The notes under the pieces: model-generated
Told to the model about the DNA's origin: nothing
The model's input: only the letters and a program-made list of their open reading frames with translations
The model's database searches: none
Assembly: GCA_964655465.1 (NCBI GenBank)
Contig: CAZZND010000004.1
Span: 1 to 42,409, forward strand
Direction: 5' to 3'
Length of the DNA: 42,409 nt
DNA from: an uncultured Actinomycetes bacterium
GTDB taxonomy: Bacteria; Actinomycetota; UBA4738; HRBIN12
Position numbers and translations under genes: made by a program
Shown here: in pieces, positions 9,077-17,008 of the stretch
Numbering within the stretch: position 1 is the first letter of the stretch
Layout of the letters: each line of letters opens with the position of its first letter

Positions 9077-10852
9077 GTGTCTCGCCGTCTCGTCATCGCT
9101 TGTGTGGTCATGCTGCTGCCCATCGCGCTCGCCGCGACCGTCGTCCGCGCGCAGGAGGCCTCGCCGTCGTCCGACGAGACGCTGACCCTCCGCATCGGGA
9201 CGATCGAGGACATGGTCACGGACAACCCGCTGTTCCTGTGCTGCGCCGAGTACGAGACCTTCAACAACACTTACGACAAGTTGGTGGAGTTCGACCCCGA
9301 GGATCTCTCGGCTGGCACGGGCGGTCTCAGCGAGGGGTGCACGCCGAACGAGGACAGCACCGAGTGGTCCTGCGTCTTGAAGCCGGATCTGCGTTGGAGC
9401 GACGGCGAGCCGCTGACGGCCGACGACGTCGCGTTCTCGTTCCGGTTCCTCATGGACCTGCCGGCCTACCGACCGTACTTCCCGTTCGATCCCACGTTCG
9501 AGGTCGTGGACGAGCGGACGCTGATCTGGAAGGCCGAACAGCCGACGTTCGCACCGCTCATCCCGCCGTACGTGTACATCTTGCCCGAGCACATCTGGGG
9601 CCAGTACGAGGGCGCCGATCGCAAGACGCTCCAGGGGGTCGAGAACACGCCTGCGGTCGGGAGCGGTCCGTTCACCCTCGTCGAATGGAAAGAAGGCGAG
9701 CTCTGGCGCCTCGAGCGCAACCCGTACTGGCGAGGGCCCGAGCCTGCCGTCGACGAGATCGTCTACGACGTCTACACCAACGAGCAGGCGATGGTGCAGG
9801 ACCTCATGACGGGCCAGCTGGATGCCGTGAACGGCGTGACCTCGACGCTCGCCGGATCGCTGGAGGGCAGGCCGGACATCGTCGTGCACCGCACCATCTC
9901 GGACTGGTGGCTCAACTTCGCGTTCAACTTCGGACAGGGCGAGGATCCGTCGAACCACCCCGCGATCGCGGATCTCGCGTTCCGTGAGGCGTTCGCCCAC
10001 GCGATCGATCGTGCAGCGCTCGCGAGCACCGTCTACCCGGGCGACGGGGTCGCTGGCGACACGGTGGTGCGTCCCGCATCAACCTACTGGCATCTCGACA
10101 TCCCCACGGAAGACGAGTTGGCGTTCGACCCCGAGCTCGCTCGCTCGATGCTGGAGGAAGGCGGGTACGTCGATAGCGACGGGGACGGCATCCGTGAGGA
10201 CCCCGTGAGCGGTGAGCCGCTGATCCTCGAGGTCCCGGTGTCCCAGGCGACCGCCGGTGCGGTCGACGCCAGCCAACTGCTGGTCGGCTGGCTCGACGCG
10301 GTCGGGATCCGGCTGGAGACCGAGGTGGTGGGCGAGGGCAAGATGTACGACCACTGGGGTCAGGGCGACTACGACGGCTACATCTGGTACTGGTATGGCG
10401 ATCCTGATCCGGACTTCCAGCTCTCCGTCTTCACGACGAGCCAATGCGGAGGCTGGAGCGACGGGTGTTTCTCCGACCCGACGTTCGACCAGCTCTACGA
10501 GGAGCAGCGATCTCTCCTTGACCGGGAGGCACGCCGCGAGGTCGTCTTCGAGGCCCAGCGGTACCTCTACGAGCAGGTGCCGGGGTTGGTGCTCGCGTAC
10601 CCCGCCGGCGCCCAGGCGTACCGGACCGACCGCCTCGAGGGCTGGATGACCTCGCCGGGACCGCAGGGCTACGTCGTGTACGGCTACGGCAACTACCAGT
10701 ACCTGCCGCTCACGCTGAAGGCGACCGGGGAGCTGGCGCCGCCTTCGACGGGGTTGCCTCCGGCCGTGTGGATCGGCGCGGGGGTCGTCATCGCCGTCGT
10801 CGTCGTGGCGCTCGTCGCCGCGACGCGGCGACGGCGCCACGAAGAGGCCTAG
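9077..10852 (+). CDS. ABC transporter family-5 (peptide/nickel) solute-binding protein with N-terminal signal peptide and C-terminal TM anchor
   Basis: Large SBP_bac_5-like body (DGEPLTADDVAFSF, GSGPF.LVEW..G, NPYWRG). Signal peptide VSRRLVIACVVMLLPIALAATVVRA|QE. C-terminal AVWIGAGVVIAVVVVALVAATRRRRHEEA. GTG 9077 follows GGAGGA; the track ORF begins at 9014. Confidence 0.85.
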   Translation: MSRRLVIACVVMLLPIALAATVVRAQEASPSSDETLTLRIGTIEDMVTDNPLFLCCAEYETFNNTYDKLVEFDPEDLSAGTGGLSEGCTPNEDSTEWSCVLKPDLRWSDGEPLTADDVAFSFRFLMDLPAYRPYFPFDPTFEVVDERTLIWKAEQPTFAPLIPPYVYILPEHIWGQYEGADRKTLQGVENTPAVGSGPFTLVEWKEGELWRLERNPYWRGPEPAVDEIVYDVYTNEQAMVQDLMTGQLDAVNGVTSTLAGSLEGRPDIVVHRTISDWWLNFAFNFGQGEDPSNHPAIADLAFREAFAHAIDRAALASTVYPGDGVAGDTVVRPASTYWHLDIPTEDELAFDPELARSMLEEGGYVDSDGDGIREDPVSGEPLILEVPVSQATAGAVDASQLLVGWLDAVGIRLETEVVGEGKMYDHWGQGDYDGYIWYWYGDPDPDFQLSVFTTSQCGGWSDGCFSDPTFDQLYEEQRSLLDREARREVVFEAQRYLYEQVPGLVLAYPAGAQAYRTDRLEGWMTSPGPQGYVVYGYGNYQYLPLTLKATGELAPPSTGLPPAVWIGAGVVIAVVVVALVAATRRRRHEEA

Positions 10853-11265
10853 AGGTACTGACCTGTTCCGGGCGCGTTGCCGCCCGCCTCGGCGGCCGTC
10901 ACCGCCTGGACGTCGCGTTCGCGGAGCAGCACGTAGTCGGTGCCCTCGAGCTCGACCTCGAGTCCAGAGGACGGCAGGTACAGCACCCGGTCGCCCTGCT
11001 TGGCGACCCGGACGTCGGGGCCGACGAGGGTCACGTCGCCCCAGGAGAGGCGCTTCGGGGCGGGGGCCGCCGTCGCCGGGATCAGCAGGCCCCCGGCGGT
11101 CTTGCGCTCGCCGTTCTCAGGGTTGTGCACGACGAGCCGGTCGCCGGTCAGCTGGAGGTCGGGCGGGGGAACGGCCGGCGCCGTGGCGCGCGGCTTGCGC
11201 CGGGTCTTCGCCGGCGTCTTCGGGGATCCGTTCGACCCGGCGTCTCGGGCTTCCTCGCTCGTCAC
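10849..11265 (-). CDS. GroES/Cpn10-like protein with basic Pro/Lys/Arg-rich N-terminal extension
   Basis: LQLTGDRLVVHNPENGERKTAGGLLIPATA...WGDVTLVGPDVRVAKQGDRVLYLP...GTDYVLLRERDVQAV follows the Cpn10 pattern, including the mobile-loop TAGG. The track ORF (to 11958) is mostly antisense shadow. The start is uncertain: GTG 11265 or ATG 11313. Confidence 0.65.
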   Translation of the reverse strand: MTSEEARDAGSNGSPKTPAKTRRKPRATAPAVPPPDLQLTGDRLVVHNPENGERKTAGGLLIPATAAPAPKRLSWGDVTLVGPDVRVAKQGDRVLYLPSSGLEVELEGTDYVLLRERDVQAVTAAEAGGNAPGTGQYL

Positions 11266-11292
11266 GGCATCGAGTCTAATGGCGCCGGAGCA

Positions 11293-12183
11293 GTGAGCGC
11301 GAGCGACTACCATACGCCGACCGTGAAGGCGCGAACCCTCCTCGACGAAGCCACCGCTACGCTGAAGGCGTCGCCTGCTATCGACCACTGGCAGAAGGGG
11401 CGCGAGCGGATCGAAGCCGAGGATCTGCTCGGCTTCGTCCTGGGTGAGCTCCCGCCCAACGGGACCAAGGTCGGCGAGAAGAAGGCCGCGCGATTCTGGG
11501 TCTTGGTCGAGAGACGGGCCACCGGCGAGCCCATCCCCTACATCAAGGGGTACACCGAGTTCCGCGACCTCGAGATCCTCGTTGAGCCCGGTGTCTTCGT
11601 GCCGCGCGATTCGTCGGAGTTCCTGGCCGAGCAGGCCGTCCGTCGGCTCCGCGGGCGCAGGAAGCCGGTTCACGTGGACCTCGCCACGGGCGCGGGCACG
11701 GTCGCGCTCGCCGTGGCGCATGAGGTGCCGAAGGCCCGGGTCTTCGGCACCGATCTCGCCGAGGACGCCGTCCGGCTGGCCCGGCGCAACGCCACGCGTC
11801 TCGGTCTGCAGGCCCGCTTCAAGGCTGGCGATCTCTTCGAGTCGCTGCCGAAGGAGCTCCGGGGCGGCGTCGACGTGATCACGATCCATCCGCCGTACGT
11901 GGCGGCCGGAGAGGTAGAGGACCTGCCCGACGAGATCAAGGAGTGGGAGCCGACGCACACCCTGACCGACCAGAGCGACGACGGCTTGGGTCTCGTCCGC
12001 CGTACGGCCGAAGAGTCGCCGTCTTGGCTCCGGAAGAACGGTTGGCTCCTGATGGAGACCGACCCCGACCGGGCCAAGGACGTCAAGAAGGTCTACCGGG
12101 CGGGCGGGTTCCGCGACGTCGAGAGCACGAAGGGCGGCTGGCTCAAGGTGACCAGGGTGATCGTGGGCAGGTCGCCGAGGTGA
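11293..12183 (+). CDS. PrmC/HemK-like protein N5-glutamine-type methyltransferase with HPPY in place of NPPY
   Basis: HemK-like N-domain (EAEDLLGFVLG..., RRATGEPIPYIKGYTEFRDLEILVEPGVFVPRDSSE). SAM motif VDLATGAGTVAL. Substrate motif reads DVITIHPPYV (His codon CAT 11887-11889). GTG 11293. Confidence 0.8.
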   Translation: MSASDYHTPTVKARTLLDEATATLKASPAIDHWQKGRERIEAEDLLGFVLGELPPNGTKVGEKKAARFWVLVERRATGEPIPYIKGYTEFRDLEILVEPGVFVPRDSSEFLAEQAVRRLRGRRKPVHVDLATGAGTVALAVAHEVPKARVFGTDLAEDAVRLARRNATRLGLQARFKAGDLFESLPKELRGGVDVITIHPPYVAAGEVEDLPDEIKEWEPTHTLTDQSDDGLGLVRRTAEESPSWLRKNGWLLMETDPDRAKDVKKVYRAGGFRDVESTKGGWLKVTRVIVGRSPR

Positions 12184-14144
12184 GCGAGCGCACGGTCGCC
12201 CCGTTCGGCTCCTGGCCCTCCCCGATCTCCGCGTCGATGCTCGCTGAGTCTGCGGTCAGCCTCGGTCAGGTGTGGCTCGAGGATGGGAACGCGTACTGGC
12301 TGGAGCTCCGGCCTACGGAGGGCGGTCGCAGCGTCATCGTCCGGAGTGACCCGCACACAGGTCCCCGCGACGTGACCCCGGCGGGGTCGAACGCCCGCAC
12401 GATGGTCCACGAGTACGGGGGCGGCTCGTACGCGGTCCATCGCGAGGTCGTCTTCTTCTCGGAGTTCGCGGACCAGCGGCTGTACCGGATGGAGCCAGGC
12501 GCCGACCCGGTCGCGATCACCCCAGACGTCGGCGGCGCATGGCGGTTCGCCGACGGCCGCGTCACGGCCGACGGGCGCTGGTGGATCGGGGTCCGAGAGC
12601 GCCACGACCTGGGTGAGGGCGTGGCGGCCGTGATGAACGAGCTGGTCGCCCTGCCGACCGACGGGTCCTCGGAGCCACGGACGATCGCGGGTGGGCGCGA
12701 CTTCTACTCGAACCCCCGGATCTCGCCCGACGGCACACGTCTGTGCTTCTTGGCCTGGGATCTGCCGTGGATGCCGTGGGATGGCGCCGAGCTGTTCGTG
12801 GCGGATCTGGGTGCCGGCGCCGTCGCCGGCGAGCCGTCGCTCGTCGCCGGCGCGTGCCCCGGCGAGTCGATCTGGCAGCCCGAGTGGAGCCCCGAGGGCG
12901 ATCTGGTGTTCGCGAGCGACCGGAGCGGATGGTGGAACCTCGAACGCCTGCGGGACGGCGAGCGTTCTGCGCTCCACGCCGCTGAGGCCGAGTTCGGCTA
13001 CCCGCAGTGGGTCTTCGGCGAGCGGTCTATCGCGTTCCTTGGTGACGGTCGCATCGTGTGCTGCTATGACCGCGACGGGCGGACGAGGTTCGCGGTGCTC
13101 GACCCCGAGACCGGTGAGCTGCTCGACCTTGACGTGCCGCACGATGCGCTGCGGTGGGGGCCCGACGTCGCCGCCGAAGGGACGACCGTCCTGTTCGCCG
13201 CAGGGTCCGCGACGATCCCCGACCAACTCGTGATGCTCGACTTCGAGGCGCGTTCGGTCGAGGTGCTGCGGGAGAGCCTCTCGGCTCCGATCGACCCGTC
13301 GATCCTGTCCGTCCCGCGGTCGATCGAGTTCCCGACCGGTGATGGTCTGACGGCGCATGCGTTGTTCTACCCACCGGTTCACCCGGACCTCGAAGGGCCG
13401 CCCGACGAGCGGCCCCCGTTGATCGTGGTCGCGCACGGTGGACCGACGGGGAACACGACGCCCATCTTCGACCTCGGCCTGCAGTTCTGGACGTCTCGCG
13501 GTTTCGCGGTGGTCGATGTGGACTACGGCGGGTCGACCGGCTACGGCAGGGCCTACCGCGAGCGACTGAACGGGCGATGGGGTGTGGTCGACCTGCAGGA
13601 TTGCGTCAACGCGGCCAAGTACCTGGCCGCCGAGGGCAAGGTCGACGGGGAGCGCCTGCTCGTGCGCGGCGGCAGCGCCGGCGGCTACGTGGTGATCTGC
13701 GCCCTCACGTTCACCGACGTGTTCGCCGCCGGCGCTTCGTACTTCGGGATCGCCGATCTGGTGCCGTTCGCGACCGGCGAGACCCACAAGTTCGAGTCGC
13801 GCTACGAGCACACGATGGTCGGCCCCTGGCCCGAGGCCGAGGCCCTCTACCGCGAGCGGAGCCCCATCAACTACGTCGACCAGCTGTCCACGCCGATGCT
13901 CGTGCTCCAGGGCGCCGACGACGAGGTCGTACCGCCCTCGCAGGCGGAGCTGATCGTGGACGCGTTGCGTCGTCGCGGCGTGCCGCACGCGTATCTGCTG
14001 TTCGAGGGCGAGGGGCACGGGTTCCGGCAGGCCAAGCACATCGTGGCCGCGCGCGAGGCCGAGCTGTCGTTCTACGGTCAGATCCTGGGGTTCGAGCCCG
14101 CGGGGGACGTCCCGCGTCTCGCGATCGCGAACCTCGAGGTGTGA
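12180..14144 (+). CDS. S9 family serine peptidase (acylaminoacyl-peptidase / prolyl oligopeptidase-like)
   Basis: N-terminal beta-propeller-like region. C-terminal hydrolase with GGSAGGY nucleophile elbow, GADDEVVP and GEGHGF (Ser-Asp-His). GTGA overlap with the methyltransferase stop. Confidence 0.9.
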   Translation: MSERTVAPFGSWPSPISASMLAESAVSLGQVWLEDGNAYWLELRPTEGGRSVIVRSDPHTGPRDVTPAGSNARTMVHEYGGGSYAVHREVVFFSEFADQRLYRMEPGADPVAITPDVGGAWRFADGRVTADGRWWIGVRERHDLGEGVAAVMNELVALPTDGSSEPRTIAGGRDFYSNPRISPDGTRLCFLAWDLPWMPWDGAELFVADLGAGAVAGEPSLVAGACPGESIWQPEWSPEGDLVFASDRSGWWNLERLRDGERSALHAAEAEFGYPQWVFGERSIAFLGDGRIVCCYDRDGRTRFAVLDPETGELLDLDVPHDALRWGPDVAAEGTTVLFAAGSATIPDQLVMLDFEARSVEVLRESLSAPIDPSILSVPRSIEFPTGDGLTAHALFYPPVHPDLEGPPDERPPLIVVAHGGPTGNTTPIFDLGLQFWTSRGFAVVDVDYGGSTGYGRAYRERLNGRWGVVDLQDCVNAAKYLAAEGKVDGERLLVRGGSAGGYVVICALTFTDVFAAGASYFGIADLVPFATGETHKFESRYEHTMVGPWPEAEALYRERSPINYVDQLSTPMLVLQGADDEVVPPSQAELIVDALRRRGVPHAYLLFEGEGHGFRQAKHIVAAREAELSFYGQILGFEPAGDVPRLAIANLEV

Positions 14145-14156
14145 ACCTCGGCGTTC

Positions 14157-15167
14157 TCAGCCGCCGATCATCGACATCGACCGCGCGGGCTGGACGAAGT
14201 CGGCGTGGTTCACGCGGTGCCCCGACCATTTCGACCACACGGTCTCGCGGATCAGCCGCTCGAGGTCGCCGTCGCTCGCGCCGGCGCGCAGGGGCCCGCG
14301 CAGGTCCGTCTCGTCGAGGGCGAACAGGCACGAACGGACCATGCCCTCCGCGGTCAGCCGCAGGCGGTTGCAGGTGTCGCAGAAGGGCTCGGTGACGCTC
14401 GCGATCACCCCGATGCGCCCCGGGGCCCCGTCGGCGAACCGGTAGGTCGTCGCCGGCTCATCCGTCGGTGCTTCGCCCTCGAGCGGGTACGCCGCGTGGA
14501 TCGCCTCGAGGATCCGGGCGCCCGGGACGACCTTCTCGCGTTCCCACGCGTGCTGCGCGTCGAGCGGCATGTACTCGATGAACCGGACCTCGTAGCCCGT
14601 CTCGCGCGCCCAACGCGCGAAGTCGAGGATCTCGCCGTCGTTGGTCCCACCGATCACGACGGTGTTGATCTTGATCGGGGTGAGGCCTGCGGTCTCGGCG
14701 GCCTTGAGCCCGGCCAACACCCGGTCCAGCGCATCGCGCCGGGTCATCTCCTCGAACCGGTGGCGCAGCAGTGAATCGCACGACACCGTCGCGCGGTCTA
14801 CCCCCGCTTCGGCGAGCGGTGCCGCGAGCCGGTCGAGCAGGAGCCCGTTCGTGGTGATCGAGATGTCGAGGTCGGGACCGACATCACGGAACATGCGGAC
14901 CAGGGTCGGGAGGTCGGCCCGGACGGTGGGCTCACCGCCGGTGACCTTCAGCGAGCGCACGCCGAGCCCGACGAACAGGGCCAGCGCGCGGGTCAGCTCC
15001 TCGAAGGTCAGGATCTCGTTCTTCGGGAGCCACGCGAGACCCTCCGCCGGCATGCAGTACGTGCACCGGAAGTTGCATCGATCCGTCACCGAGATGCGCA
15101 GGTCGTCCGCCACCCGGCCGAACGTGTCGACGAGCGGGCCCGTGACCGGCATCGCTTCGTGCATCAT
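14157..15167 (-). CDS. moaA: GTP 3',8-cyclase MoaA (radical SAM)
   Basis: CNFRCTYC radical-SAM cluster motif, second cluster CDTCNRLRLTAEG, C-terminal GG. The start MMHEAMPVTG at 15167 is in frame; the track ORF to 15440 is over-extended. Confidence 0.93.
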   Translation of the reverse strand: MMHEAMPVTGPLVDTFGRVADDLRISVTDRCNFRCTYCMPAEGLAWLPKNEILTFEELTRALALFVGLGVRSLKVTGGEPTVRADLPTLVRMFRDVGPDLDISITTNGLLLDRLAAPLAEAGVDRATVSCDSLLRHRFEEMTRRDALDRVLAGLKAAETAGLTPIKINTVVIGGTNDGEILDFARWARETGYEVRFIEYMPLDAQHAWEREKVVPGARILEAIHAAYPLEGEAPTDEPATTYRFADGAPGRIGVIASVTEPFCDTCNRLRLTAEGMVRSCLFALDETDLRGPLRAGASDGDLERLIRETVWSKWSGHRVNHADFVQPARSMSMIGG

Positions 15168-15261
15168 CCGCCCAGGATACCCCGGGCGTCCGATCAGCGG
15201 GAACCGAGCGGCTGCCCGCGAGCGGGACGCCGGCGTGCGTGACCTGTTATGACATACCGCG

Positions 15262-15750
15262 ATGCGCGTCCTGGTCCTGTACGAGACCCGCCGCGGCTTC
15301 ACGCTCACCGTGGGCCGTGCCATCCGCGACGAGCTCCGTCGCCGGGGCCACGACGCCACGGCGGCGGCCGTCCGAACGGTCGACGCGGGGACGCTCGCCG
15401 CGGCCGGCGCGTTGATCGTCGGCACCTGGACGACCGGCAAGATCGTCGTGGGCGTGGGTCCCGCGCCAGGCGTGCTCGAGGGCGTCGCGGCGCTCCCGAC
15501 GCTCGGCGGGATGCCCGCGGCTGTCTACGCCACCTACGACGTCTCGCCCCGGGGCACGCTCCAGACGCTGGCCGGCGCGCTCGTCCAGCGGGGCGTGACC
15601 GTGCAGGTCGGGGAGCGGTTCCGCAACGGCCCGCTCGACCGGACGAAGCGGGCGAGCCTCGCGAAGGTGCCGGCGTTCGTGGATGCCGCGCTCGCCTCGT
15701 TCGAGCGGATCGCCGCGGGCGCCGCGGGCGCCACGGGCGCCACGGGCTGA
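15262..15750 (+). CDS. Flavodoxin-like fold protein
   Basis: MRVLVLYETRRGFTLTVGRAIRDEL...ALIVGTWT pattern of short flavodoxin-domain proteins. Strong GC3 bias. 162 aa. Confidence 0.55.
   Translation: MRVLVLYETRRGFTLTVGRAIRDELRRRGHDATAAAVRTVDAGTLAAAGALIVGTWTTGKIVVGVGPAPGVLEGVAALPTLGGMPAAVYATYDVSPRGTLQTLAGALVQRGVTVQVGERFRNGPLDRTKRASLAKVPAFVDAALASFERIAAGAAGATGATG
15712..15747 (+). repeat. Four tandem 9-bp units at the 3' end of the flavodoxin-like gene
   Basis: GCCGCGGGC GCCGCGGGC GCCACGGGC GCCACGGGC, then TGA. Encodes AAG-AAG-ATG-ATG. Confidence 0.9.
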
Positions 15751-15760
15751 CCGTGCGAGG

Positions 15761-17008
15761 ATGAGCCTCGTGGATAGTGCGACCTCCGCCGCCGTTCTGA
15801 CCGTGTCCGACGGCGTCAACGCGGGCACCCGCGAGGACATGAGCGGCGATGAGGCGCAGGCGATCCTCGCCCGTGCGGGGTTCGTGGTCGCGACGCGCGA
15901 GGTCGTCCCCGATGAGCGCGGCGCGATCGAGGCCGCTCTGCGCCGCCTGGCGGCGACGCACGCGCTCGTCGTGACGACCGGCGGCACCGGGTTCGGTCCG
16001 CGTGATGTGACGCCGGAGGCCACCCTCGCGGTGCTGGATCGCGAGGCACCGGGTCTCGCCGAGCTCATGCGGTCCGCCGGGCTCGCCGCTACGCCGATGG
16101 CGTCGCTCTCGCGCGCACGGGCCGGTGTGATCGGGGACTCGCTCGCGATCAACCTCCCCGGCAGCCCCAAGGGGGTCCGCGAATCGCTGCAGGCGGTGCT
16201 CCCGGTCCTTCCCCACGCCGTCGGTCTGCTCGCTGGGGCGACCGGCGCGCATCCCACTGGCCACGCGACCACGTCGTCGCCGGTCGCTCCGGCGTCGCGC
16301 GCGGCCGGAGCCGGCCCGCCGTCCGTCGACGTCAAGGCCGTGAAGGTCGTCGCCGGTGCGCCGCCGTGCGAGATCGGGGCCGCCATGACGATCATGCCCG
16401 GTGGTGAGGTCCGAGGGACCCTCGGCTGCGCTGAGTTCGACGCCGCGGCGGTTGCCGCCGCTGCCGAGGTGCTCGACGCGGGGGCGCCGGCGACCCGGGT
16501 GTTCACCCACGACCTGGGGGACATCGAGGTCTACCTCGAACCGCATCGTCCGGCGACCCGGGTGCTGATCGGGTCGGCCACCGATGTGGCGCGGGCGCTC
16601 GCGGGGATCCTCGGGATCCTCGGGTTCCGCGTCGCGCTCATCGAGCCGCGTCGCGCGCGGCTTGCCGCTGGTGACCCCGAGGCCTTCACGACCGTCGACG
16701 AGGCCGCGGTCTCATCCGAGGACGTCATCGTGCTGACCGACCACGACGCGCCCGACGTGATCGCGACCCTCGTGGCCGCGCTGCGGGCGTCGGCACGGTT
16801 CGTCGGCGTGATGGGGTCCCGCCGTCACGTGGCGGCCTACGTCGAGGAGCTCCGCGCCCAGGGGTTCGGCGACGACGACCTCTCCCGTGTCCGGTCCCCG
16901 CTCGGGATCGACATCGGCGGCCGCGCGCCGGCGCAGATCGCGCTGTCCATCGCCGCCGGCATCGTGGCCGACGCGAACGGCCGCGATGCCGGGTGGCTGG
17001 ACCGATGA
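15761..17008 (+). CDS. Fusion protein: MogA/MoaB-type molybdopterin-binding domain plus XdhC/CoxI-type maturation domains
   Basis: N-terminal ~165 aa carry TTGGTGFGPRDVTPEA and LPGSPKG (MogA/MoaB). An Ala/Pro/Ser linker follows. The C-terminal ~230 aa carry XdhC-like blocks (GTLGC.EFD..., RVLIGSATDVARALA, GVMGSRRH, SPLGIDIGGRAP.QIALSIAA). ATG 15761. Confidence 0.8.
   Translation: MSLVDSATSAAVLTVSDGVNAGTREDMSGDEAQAILARAGFVVATREVVPDERGAIEAALRRLAATHALVVTTGGTGFGPRDVTPEATLAVLDREAPGLAELMRSAGLAATPMASLSRARAGVIGDSLAINLPGSPKGVRESLQAVLPVLPHAVGLLAGATGAHPTGHATTSSPVAPASRAAGAGPPSVDVKAVKVVAGAPPCEIGAAMTIMPGGEVRGTLGCAEFDAAAVAAAAEVLDAGAPATRVFTHDLGDIEVYLEPHRPATRVLIGSATDVARALAGILGILGFRVALIEPRRARLAAGDPEAFTTVDEAAVSSEDVIVLTDHDAPDVIATLVAALRASARFVGVMGSRRHVAAYVEELRAQGFGDDDLSRVRSPLGIDIGGRAPAQIALSIAAGIVADANGRDAGWLDR

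Noticed and set aside
9077-9110. Lipobox-like VIAC near the N-terminus of the solute-binding protein
   Set aside because: The Cys is at residue 9, and only about 4 hydrophobic residues follow the n-region Arg pair (SRR). That is too short for a lipoprotein signal. A longer type-I signal ending VRA|QE fits better.
7793-10000. 735-aa minus-strand ORF, with similar long shadow ORFs at 6685-7854, 12093-14039, 15247-16546, 17017-18003, 18000-19415, 19030-20364, 20815-22236, 23224-24201, 25134-26873, 26862-27791, 28029-28982, 33884-35131 and 39177-41201
   Set aside because: Each lies antisense to, or out of frame with, a gene that has clear catalytic or family motifs. Their translations are Arg/Pro/Gly/Asp-rich without recognisable domains. 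Several would cross three real genes.
10700-10852. LPXTG/LAXTG sortase signal in the SBP tail (YLPLTLKATG, ELAPPSTG)
   Set aside because: Neither stretch matches LPXTG or LAXTG exactly. I report it only as an unusual C-terminal anchor.
14089-14099. GGTTCGAGCCC, resembling a tRNA T-arm
   Set aside because: It lies inside the S9 peptidase reading frame (ILGFEPAG). It has no flanking acceptor, D-arm or anticodon-arm complementarity. No tRNA is supported anywhere in the window.
15168-15261. Possible Moco riboswitch in the moaA leader
   Set aside because: The spacer is only 94 nt and is shared with a divergent gene. I could not find the conserved Moco-motif core or its two-hairpin layout. Only a small CCCGGGG/CCTGGG hairpin is present near the start. 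An Infernal scan would settle it.
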